Part shown: positions 48,118 through 55,431 of the stretch, piece after piece
Numbering within the stretch: the stretch's first letter is position 1
How the letters are laid out: each line of letters starts with the position of its first letter
IMG/VR virus record: IMGVR_UViG_3300048507_000465
Location: 18,017-82,016 of that record
DNA length: 64,000 nucleotides
Origin: a virus
Reading direction: 5' to 3' (one strand)
The notes under the pieces: generated by a model
The model's input: the letters and a program-made list of their open reading frames with translations, nothing else
Databases searched by the model: none
Told to the model about the DNA's origin: nothing
Translations under genes and position numbers: made by a program

Positions 48118-50187
48118 ATGGCACAAGCATCAAGATATTATAGAATAGACCAAGATATTTTACTTGAGTTTATCTACCATGACCAAAGCGATCCTGAAAA
48201 ATATCGCATTGAGGTAGATGATAATGGTAGTGAAGTAATGTTTTTAGATACAGTGGACCAAGATCCATTTTCACCTAGACATTTACTTAATGAATTAGGT
48301 AGCGCAGTCGTCAACTTTGATGTTACTAGTGTATCTGGTTATATTGCAGTTGAAAATTTTGCGGGCAGGACTTTATTACTAGAGAGTGGTAAAACATATA
48401 AATTTGACTTAAGTGCTTTAGCTAATCCTGCTGATTTTTCAATTACTGGTAATTTAGGAATATACAACTTTTCTGCAGTAACAAATATTGGTGAATTTAC
48501 ACCAAGTACTAATGGTAAAATAGAGTATGAATATCCTGGATTAATAGGCGGTAAAATAATTATTGATAATAGGGCTAATCCTCTTTTTGCATCCCCAGAT
48601 GAAGCTACGGGAAATGATATTAATCAAACTATCGGAAGATACCATGCTGTAAAAGCTCCTGGAAACGATAATACAAAATATGCACTTTTAGGTTATGACT
48701 CTACTGGTGCATATGAAATGCATAACTTTATTAATAATACATCAGAGTGGTTAGGTGGTAATGAAGCAGATCTATTAAATTATCAAACTGAAGCTACGGC
48801 TAATATTAATTGGGTTTTATATGATTCGGTTAAATTACACTTAAGATCCGGATTTAGTTTTGATTCAAGAGGATACGAAGGGTTTTTATTCGAAATACTT
48901 TCAGAAAGAAATACTACAGTTAAAAACTTTTTAACTCAACTAGTTTATTTAAATACTAGTAACTATGAGTTTTCTAATCCCAAACCTTTTATTTTAGGAG
49001 AGACTTTATGGTCTAAATTTATTAATCTTAAAATACCTTCTTTAGTAAATCAAAACGCAGAATTTAATGATAGGTTTTATGGTGATGGTACAATAGGTTC
49101 TAGTGATTTAAATCCACTTTCTAATTATCAAATTAGATTTAAACTTATAGATAGTTTATATAAAAGTAATGGTAAAGATTATTTTAATACTGGAGAAGAA
49201 AATATATTTACAGTTTCTAGAGAAGATGAATATGCAGATTTTACGCTTACAGTAGAAGACGCTGCAGATGGAGATTACTTTAACATATACGGTGAAAAGG
49301 ATAATTCAATAAATGCATTCGAGGCTTATGTTTTAAATAGGATAAGAACTTCATCAGATGATATTGTTGTAATATATGACATAGATGTATATGAACAAAT
49401 AAGTACTAGCCAAGTTAAATCTCAATCTATTACGTTTACGCAATATGAAAGTTTTAATGATCCGATAGTATTTAGACCTGTAATTAAAAACGCTGGAGTT
49501 GCTGTTAATTTTTCAATAGAAGCGACTATGAGAATTTACAACCAAACTGATAATACCCAAATTGTGAAGAGGTCTAGTTTAACAGTTAACCAAGCATCTA
49601 AATATGGTAAAAAATTATCGTCTTTAAAGATTGACAATCCTAATATATTAACTGAGGTCTATAATGTATTACCAAATTTAAGTAGCGGTAAAGTTATATC
49701 AGGTTTTATTACAGATAATCTACCTAGATCTACTAAGTTCGTACCTGCTTTCGTTGAAAGACATAATGTTATCGCAAGTACATCAAAGGTTAATTTAAAC
49801 GGAAGTGGTAATAATGATATGATAAAAGAAGTTGAAGAGTTTGAGACTAGCGACTTCGTAGAGTCTAGTGATTTATTAATAGAGGTTGCTCCCTTTGCGT
49901 CTTACTATAAATTTGTAATAGGTAAAAGAAAGAATGACGATTTTGATTTAATTTCTTTTGAAAACGCAGAGAGAATTATATTATCATTTAATGATGGAGC
50001 TACTAAATTAAAGTTTAATAATATCTACAATAAAGATATTGATACATCTAAGGGTGAAGTTTTATTTATGATTAACGAGGCTAATGCTTCTAATATTAGA
50101 GGTATGAAAACTAATTCTTTTTATATTAGTGTTGATAATGGTAAAGATGAGACTATGGTTACTAAAGGTAAATTTACTATAGGATAA
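48118..50187 (+). CDS. hypothetical virion protein
   Basis: 689-aa beta-rich ORF in the structural cluster. Confidence 0.6.
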   Translation: MAQASRYYRIDQDILLEFIYHDQSDPEKYRIEVDDNGSEVMFLDTVDQDPFSPRHLLNELGSAVVNFDVTSVSGYIAVENFAGRTLLLESGKTYKFDLSALANPADFSITGNLGIYNFSAVTNIGEFTPSTNGKIEYEYPGLIGGKIIIDNRANPLFASPDEATGNDINQTIGRYHAVKAPGNDNTKYALLGYDSTGAYEMHNFINNTSEWLGGNEADLLNYQTEATANINWVLYDSVKLHLRSGFSFDSRGYEGFLFEILSERNTTVKNFLTQLVYLNTSNYEFSNPKPFILGETLWSKFINLKIPSLVNQNAEFNDRFYGDGTIGSSDLNPLSNYQIRFKLIDSLYKSNGKDYFNTGEENIFTVSREDEYADFTLTVEDAADGDYFNIYGEKDNSINAFEAYVLNRIRTSSDDIVVIYDIDVYEQISTSQVKSQSITFTQYESFNDPIVFRPVIKNAGVAVNFSIEATMRIYNQTDNTQIVKRSSLTVNQASKYGKKLSSLKIDNPNILTEVYNVLPNLSSGKVISGFITDNLPRSTKFVPAFVERHNVIASTSKVNLNGSGNNDMIKEVEEFETSDFVESSDLLIEVAPFASYYKFVIGKRKNDDFDLISFENAERIILSFNDGATKLKFNNIYNKDIDTSKGEVLFMINEANASNIRGMKTNSFYISVDNGKDETMVTKGKFTIG

Positions 50188-50738
50188 TGATATTAAATAG
50201 TAGAAATAATGCGTATGACTTTAGGTTTCCTAGAAAGTTTATTCCAACTGAAGTTGCTGAAAAATATTCAAAGTATTTAAATAAAGTACCTGGTGCTCTT
50301 TTATCAGAACCTGTTGACTTTATTAATTATTCAATACAAGGACTTAATATCCCAGGCTTATCTTTTGATCCAATTACTCAAGCGGATAATGATGGAACTA
50401 CAAGATACCATAGAGGTGCAGTTCCAATTCAAAATACAATAACACGAGAGTTTACAGTAACTTTTCAGTTATTAGATGGATTTATTAATTATTGGATTAT
50501 GATGGACACTCTACTTTATTATTATGCTAGGACAACTAAAGAGCCTTATATCAATCCTATGACTTTAAGGATTTTAGATGCGGAAGGTAGTTCAGTAGCC
50601 TATATGGAATTTAGTGGTATTATCATGAATTCAATAAACGAATTAAACTTAAATATGGCAGAAAACGTATCTGATTTTAGTACGTTTGAATGTACATTTT
50701 TCTATAATAAATTAGATTTAAGATTAGAAATAGATTAA
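50187..50738 (+). CDS. tail tube-like / tail terminator (gp3/gp19 fold) protein
   Basis: IQGLNIPG..EFTVTF..NYW..LRILD..FECTFFY pattern of T4 gp3/gp19-like proteins. Confidence 0.65.
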   Translation: MILNSRNNAYDFRFPRKFIPTEVAEKYSKYLNKVPGALLSEPVDFINYSIQGLNIPGLSFDPITQADNDGTTRYHRGAVPIQNTITREFTVTFQLLDGFINYWIMMDTLLYYYARTTKEPYINPMTLRILDAEGSSVAYMEFSGIIMNSINELNLNMAENVSDFSTFECTFFYNKLDLRLEID

Positions 50739-50741
50739 TAA

Positions 50742-50749
50742 GATATATA
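50742..50749 (+). promoter_or_regulatory. putative late promoter GATATATA
   Basis: 4 nt before ATG 50754. Confidence 0.7.
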
Positions 50750-50753
50750 CATT

Positions 50754-51122
50754 ATGAAAACATTTAATGATTATTTAGTTGAGCAACAATTGACTGAAAC
50801 AGATATGCAACTTTTACAAGAAGGACTTCAACAAGAGTGGACTCAAGATTTAGAAGATAAAGTTGACTTTGCTTTAGAGCAATTCGTACAACAATACCAA
50901 AAAGAAGATGGTACTTTTGAATTGGATAGATTAGAAGAAGCTTTTGTAAATGAAGGGCTTTTGGGTTCTATCTTTGGTGGTTTAGCTGGATTTGCTTTAG
51001 GTAAATCTGTTGGTAAAGTTATTGCTAAAGTACTTGGTATTCAAAAAGGTATTTTCTACGATTTATTAACATCTCGTTTAGTCGGTGCCGCGCTAGGTGC
51101 TGCAATGGGTAAAAGAATGTAA
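50754..51122 (+). CDS. putative head-internal protein with C-terminal glycine zipper
   Basis: MKTFNDYLVE (cf. T4 CTS MKTYQEFIAE); VNE site followed by GLLGSIFGGLAGFALG..VGAALGAAMG. Confidence 0.65.
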   Translation: MKTFNDYLVEQQLTETDMQLLQEGLQQEWTQDLEDKVDFALEQFVQQYQKEDGTFELDRLEEAFVNEGLLGSIFGGLAGFALGKSVGKVIAKVLGIQKGIFYDLLTSRLVGAALGAAMGKRM

Positions 51123-51123
51123 A

Positions 51124-51795
51124 TTGAATCTAGTTACGGTTGACTTCTCGCTTAATTCCCCTGGTATTTGTATCTGGCAATCTAGTACAAACAGGTATCA
51201 CTTTATCTCATATCTTAAACCTAATTCAGGCACAAAAGCCGAACAACGAAGGCAAGAAGAAATAGAGCAATTTCCAGACGTATCTTTAATTCATCAACCT
51301 GATTGGAAAGCTTCAGTTGGTGATTATTCTAAAAATGAGTTTGCTAAAATAATAAGATACAAGACTACAGCCGAACATCTTATTAAATTAATTACAGGGA
51401 TTACACAAACTACAGAAGATTATCATATAGCATTTGAGGGTTCGTCGTACGGATCTAAAATGGGAACTAATAATATTATTGATATGGCAGCAGGTGCAGC
51501 TATATTAAAAGAACAAATGATTTCAAAACTCGAGGTCAAAAATTTACTGACCGTTGCACCTACTACTATTAAGAAGCATGCTGGTAAAGGGAATATGAAT
51601 AAAGCTGCTCTTTGGATGTCATTCTTAAATAATGTATGTGAATCTCCTGAGTTAGCTAACAGTTCTCTACATAAATACTGTGTCTCTGAAATTGGTGAGG
51701 TTAAAAAAGTGCCGAAGCCGTTTGATGATCTAGTCGATGCTTGGTTTCTTAATCATTACCTAGCCACTAAACTTGGGGAAAATTTGCCAGACTAA
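51124..51795 (+). CDS. RuvC-like (RNase H fold) Holliday-junction resolvase
   Basis: Probable TTG start at 51124; VDFSLNSPG, FEG, PTTIKK..GKGN..K, DDLVDA acidic motifs. Confidence 0.75.
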   Translation: MNLVTVDFSLNSPGICIWQSSTNRYHFISYLKPNSGTKAEQRRQEEIEQFPDVSLIHQPDWKASVGDYSKNEFAKIIRYKTTAEHLIKLITGITQTTEDYHIAFEGSSYGSKMGTNNIIDMAAGAAILKEQMISKLEVKNLLTVAPTTIKKHAGKGNMNKAALWMSFLNNVCESPELANSSLHKYCVSEIGEVKKVPKPFDDLVDAWFLNHYLATKLGENLPD

Positions 51796-51890
51796 CCAAG
51801 TCTCTGCTTCAAGCCCTCATCTGGTACTAGTCTCTGCTTACAGACTTAAAGCTTACTTCCAGAACCTTATCTGGCTTTGGCTTAAAGACA
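51787..51890 (-). other. repeat/hairpin-rich non-coding element (candidate sRNA or origin)
   Basis: AGTCTCTGCTT at 51799 and 51829; CCTYATCTGG at 51815 and 51865; several short stems; lies downstream of a minus-strand promoter. Confidence 0.45.
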
Positions 51891-51893
51891 TTA

Positions 51894-51922
51894 CTTATAT
51901 GCTAGTTCCCAGAAAAGGTTTC
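51894..51922 (-). promoter_or_regulatory. putative GAAAC-N18-TATAAG promoter
   Basis: Minus strand GAAAC cttttctgggaactagca TATAAG; same as the gp32 promoter. Confidence 0.55.
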
Positions 51923-51945
51923 AAAAAACTTCAATAAATCTTAAA

Positions 51946-52104
51946 TTAATTATGATAGCCTAAGATTAGGTTAATTCTGGTAGGGATAACTACCTTAGTA
52001 TTACAACTATCACAGCACTTTCCTTTATTGACAACAGGAGCAGGATTATTACCATACTCCCCTTTAATAGTCTTTTTGCAAATTACACATTTAAAATCTT
52101 TCAT
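51946..52104 (-). CDS. small zinc-binding protein (52 aa)
   Basis: MKDFKCVICKK..YGNNPAP..KCCDSCN; likely start 52104, coupled to the upstream stop. Confidence 0.7.
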   Translation of the reverse strand: MKDFKCVICKKTIKGEYGNNPAPVVNKGKCCDSCNTKVVIPTRINLILGYHN

Positions 52105-52105
52105 A

Positions 52106-52396
52106 TTAGCAGTATGAGTTAATTTTTTCCATTCGTTCTTTCCAATGTTTTGCAACGTTCTTAGAAAATTCCTCTTCAGGATGATTAAATGCATACCAAA
52201 GATCTTGGATGTTAATCGGACCAGCACCACCGATCTCGTTTTCAATCCATTCACAGAACGCGTAGAGCGAGTCTGCTTCATTGATGTATAAACTCTCATA
52301 AATATAATGATAACCCTCTGTAAAGCTTCCAGTTTGCTTAGCCCCCATTAAAAGAAGGTCTTTATTTCTTTCTGATAAATTTAATTTTGTATTCAT
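52106..52396 (-). CDS. hypothetical early protein
   Basis: 96 aa, directly downstream of early promoter copy 2. Confidence 0.75.
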   Translation of the reverse strand: MNTKLNLSERNKDLLLMGAKQTGSFTEGYHYIYESLYINEADSLYAFCEWIENEIGGAGPINIQDLWYAFNHPEEEFSKNVAKHWKERMEKINSYC

Positions 52397-52406
52397 ATAG
52401 TTTAAT

Positions 52407-52470
52407 TTTTAATTACAGTACTAATATACGAAAAATATCTGACATAAAAAAATTCTGAGGCAATTATTTT
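52407..52470 (-). promoter_or_regulatory. early promoter cassette, copy 2 (64-bp repeat)
   Basis: 58/64 identical to 21680-21743. Confidence 0.8.
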
Positions 52471-52495
52471 AGAAAAGATATTAACATAATATGAA

Positions 52496-52523
52496 GAAAC
52501 AAAACCAAACTTAGATATATAAT
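52496..52523 (+). promoter_or_regulatory. putative GAAAC-N17-TATAAT promoter with an embedded late GATATATA
   Basis: GAAAC 52496-52500, TATAAT 52518-52523, GATATATA 52514-52521. Confidence 0.5.
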
Positions 52524-52551
52524 AAGTATAATAAACAAAGTAACGATTAAC

Positions 52552-52722
52552 ATGTTAATTACTACAGAATACCTTCAACTCATTAAAATCCTAGACACAC
52601 TAGTGGCAGCGAACCAACTCACAAATGTTGAGAAATCAGAGTTACTCCACAAATCAGGGCTGATTAAGCTAAAGGATGGAGCATGGAAGGATCCTTCTGG
52701 AGCTATGTTATCAGTTAATTGA
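52552..52722 (+). CDS. small hypothetical protein (56 aa), not in the ORF track
   Basis: MLITTEYLQLIKILD..GAWKDPSGAMLSVN*; fills the gap between two promoters. Confidence 0.55.
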   Translation: MLITTEYLQLIKILDTLVAANQLTNVEKSELLHKSGLIKLKDGAWKDPSGAMLSVN

Positions 52723-52749
52723 AACTATTGTATATTGTACAACTATAAG
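52721..52749 (+). promoter_or_regulatory. putative GAAAC-N18-TATAAG promoter for the SSB/primase operon
   Basis: GAAAC 52721-52725, TATAAG 52744-52749. Confidence 0.55.
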
Positions 52750-52807
52750 GTAACGAAAGAACATTAAAGTAATTTCAAGTATTAAACAATTAAACAATTT
52801 AAAAGTT

Positions 52808-53731
52808 ATGAGTGATTCATTTGACATTTTTAATTTAGGCGTGGAAGATGTGGAGACACACCAGCCTGAAAGAACTTCAACAAACGAAGTTTACAAACCA
52901 ACTGCCGATGATGGCAAAGACGGAACGTACAAAGCATTAATTAGATTTGTACCTAATCCAGAGAACCCAAGAAAATCTTTGGTTCAAAAATACGTACACT
53001 GGTTAACTAACTCTTCTGGAGATGGTAAACTAGTAGACTCACCTCAAACAATCGGAGAACACTGCCCTATTGCAGATGTATTCTGGAAGTTGAGAAAATC
53101 AGATTCTGCTGTAGACAGAAAAGCTTCTGAAAAGCTTAAAAGACGTCAACAGTATTATTCTCTTATTAAGATCATTAAAGATCCACAAAATCCAGAAATG
53201 GAAGGTACTTACAAAGTATTTAAATTTGGATATAAGATTAAAGAGAAGATTGACTCTGAATTGAAGCCAGACTTCGGTGAGCCAACACAAGTATTCGACC
53301 TATTTGAAGGTAAGAACTTCGAGCTTGTTATTACAAGACAAGGTGAGTACAATAACTACGACAAATCTAAATTCTCTTCTAACAAATCTGCAGTAATCAT
53401 GGGCGATGCTCCAGCAGAAAGAACGAAAGAGACTATGGGCGCTATCAAAGAAGAATTAGAGAATGCACCATCTTTAGCACAATACGACTACAAAGCTTGG
53501 GACGAAGATACAAGAGCTTTCGTAAACAACGTATTGAGAATGTACCTTAATCCAGGTGATGATATTGCAGCAGTAACTTCTGCTCCAAAATCTGCTCCAG
53601 CTCCAAAGGCAAAAGTAACTGAAACTGCAACTGCAGGATCTGCTGCGCCAACAAAGGCTGAAGCACCAGCTGAAAGTAAGGTAACTACAGATGATGATTT
53701 AGATTCTTTCCTAGATGACCTCAACATCTAA
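52808..53731 (+). CDS. gp32: single-stranded DNA-binding protein (T4 gp32-like)
   Basis: ALIRFVP, HW, CPI, DPQNPEMEG..FKFGYKI, FDLFEGKNF.L, NYDKSKF, acidic tail DDDLDSFLDDL. Confidence 0.92.
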   Translation: MSDSFDIFNLGVEDVETHQPERTSTNEVYKPTADDGKDGTYKALIRFVPNPENPRKSLVQKYVHWLTNSSGDGKLVDSPQTIGEHCPIADVFWKLRKSDSAVDRKASEKLKRRQQYYSLIKIIKDPQNPEMEGTYKVFKFGYKIKEKIDSELKPDFGEPTQVFDLFEGKNFELVITRQGEYNNYDKSKFSSNKSAVIMGDAPAERTKETMGAIKEELENAPSLAQYDYKAWDEDTRAFVNNVLRMYLNPGDDIAAVTSAPKSAPAPKAKVTETATAGSAAPTKAEAPAESKVTTDDDLDSFLDDLNI

Positions 53732-54794
53732 TAACATACAATTAACTGAAGAGCTTAAGAGTAGAATAAAAGTTGCACTAAAACAAGTTTGTGTAGAGCA
53801 TCATTCTACCCCTAACAAGCAGCTGCTTAAAGACATGCCAGGGCGAATAACCTTGGCATGTCCTTATTGCGGTGACTCTCATGAAGATGATACCAAGAAA
53901 AGAGGTAACATGTATTGGGACACACTTCAGTATCATTGTTACAATTGTTCTCACCACACTAATCTTCATACGTTCTTAAAAGACCATGAAGTTAGAATGC
54001 CTAATACAGGCGACTCATTTACGATTATTGACTATATTAAAGAGAACAAACAACAGGTTAGTCAAGAACAAGTATTACAGAATGCAAGTCTTAAAAGCGT
54101 CCAAGACTTAGCGTTAACCGTAGATGAATTTAAAACTATATTTGGCGCTAAAGAAATTACACCAGGCGAATGGATTTGGTTTCAACTTAAAGATAGGTTG
54201 TTACATAAAAAAGTGGATGACTTTCTTTTCTCCCCTAAAGGCAATAGGCTTTGGATTTTAAATAAGGGTATGGAAGGTAAAATTATCGGCGCACAATCCA
54301 GACGAATGAAAGGTTATGGGTCTAGGTATCTTACCTATGACTTGCCTAAATTATATGAAGAATGGAAGAAGCCATTAGAGTTAGCACCAGAACAAATGAC
54401 AAAACTGGCAAAGGCTTCTACCCTATTCGGTATCATGCAAGTAAACTTTCAACAACCAGTAACTTTGTTTGAAGGTCCAATTGATGCCAAGTTTATGCAT
54501 AACTCTATTGCCCTAGCAACAGCAGGTAGATCGACAGAAGAATTTGACGAAATGGCGACGGTCAGATATATGTTCGATAATGATGCAACAGGTAAAAAGA
54601 AAATGATTGAGAAGCTTAAGAGAGGCAGACCAGTATTTATGTGGTCTAAATTTCTAGATGATTTTAAGCTAGATACATATAATATCAAAGATCTAAACGA
54701 TTTGATGAAAGTATGTTACCAGCAGAAATCTGATGCTTGGAAACAAATAGAAAATTATTTTACATCAAGCAATTTAGACTTATGGTACGTATAG
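53715..54794 (+). CDS. gp61: DNA primase (T4 gp61-like)
   Basis: CPYCGDS..HCYNC zinc finger; FEGPIDA and FDND TOPRIM; KDLND. Confidence 0.9.
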   Translation: MTSTSNNIQLTEELKSRIKVALKQVCVEHHSTPNKQLLKDMPGRITLACPYCGDSHEDDTKKRGNMYWDTLQYHCYNCSHHTNLHTFLKDHEVRMPNTGDSFTIIDYIKENKQQVSQEQVLQNASLKSVQDLALTVDEFKTIFGAKEITPGEWIWFQLKDRLLHKKVDDFLFSPKGNRLWILNKGMEGKIIGAQSRRMKGYGSRYLTYDLPKLYEEWKKPLELAPEQMTKLAKASTLFGIMQVNFQQPVTLFEGPIDAKFMHNSIALATAGRSTEEFDEMATVRYMFDNDATGKKKMIEKLKRGRPVFMWSKFLDDFKLDTYNIKDLNDLMKVCYQQKSDAWKQIENYFTSSNLDLWYV

Positions 54795-54799
54795 AAGAA

Positions 54800-54991
54800 A
54801 TGGAAGATACATTAGAGGATTTTTTTAAGGACAGCGACCGCTTCAAGAAGATGCGCATGCTAATTGATTTCGAGATGCCAGAGTTTAAGACTGATAATCC
54901 CGATATAAAATTTAGCAAACCTAAACTTAAGAAGGGCGAAAAAGCCGCAAAGTTTATTAAGCCAGATAGGAACAAACCGTCGCTATTTTAA
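54800..54991 (+). CDS. small hypothetical protein
   Basis: Likely start ATG 54800 (or 54782); fills the gap between primase and uvsY. Confidence 0.55.
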   Translation: MEDTLEDFFKDSDRFKKMRMLIDFEMPEFKTDNPDIKFSKPKLKKGEKAAKFIKPDRNKPSLF

Positions 54992-55002
54992 TATAAAAAT
55001 AA

Positions 55003-55425
55003 ATGAGTAACGAAAAAATATTAGCACTAGATCAGAAGTTAAGTGCACAGAGAAACGAATGGTCTACAACTATTAGAGGTCTTGCACAAAGTCTTCGTAA
55101 TCTAAATACAATGGAGGTTACGATTGCAGATGTATTATCTTCTAGGCAGACTCTCGTAGATCAAATGGCATATATAAATGTCAAAATAAAACAACAAAAG
55201 AAAACTATTTCTGCAAGATACAGAGAAGCCTATATTAGATACTATAATTACGACTATAAATTAGGTGAAAAGCAGAAAGAGAAATTCTTAGAGAATGACT
55301 TAGCAGATGATAATATGATTTTGTCACATTTAGAAAATCAAATGGATTGGCTAAGGGATTCCGTAAAAACATTAGATAATATGGGCTTTGCTATTAGAAA
55401 TAGGCTGGCTCTAAAAGATCTATAA
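55003..55425 (+). CDS. uvsY: recombination mediator UvsY-like
   Basis: 140-aa helical protein ending LDNMGFAIRNR, immediately upstream of UvsW. Confidence 0.7.
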   Translation: MSNEKILALDQKLSAQRNEWSTTIRGLAQSLRNLNTMEVTIADVLSSRQTLVDQMAYINVKIKQQKKTISARYREAYIRYYNYDYKLGEKQKEKFLENDLADDNMILSHLENQMDWLRDSVKTLDNMGFAIRNRLALKDL

Positions 55426-55431
55426 CAAACA

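Noticed and set aside
51787-51890. Possible mini-CRISPR array
   Set aside because: The repeats are only 10-11 bp, occur twice each and are interleaved. There is no repeat-spacer periodicity of CRISPR size and no cas gene in the window.
51946-52299. 117-aa version of the minus-strand zinc-finger ORF
   Set aside because: The upstream part overlaps the 52106-52396 gene in another frame. The real start is more plausibly ATG 52104, right after that gene's stop.
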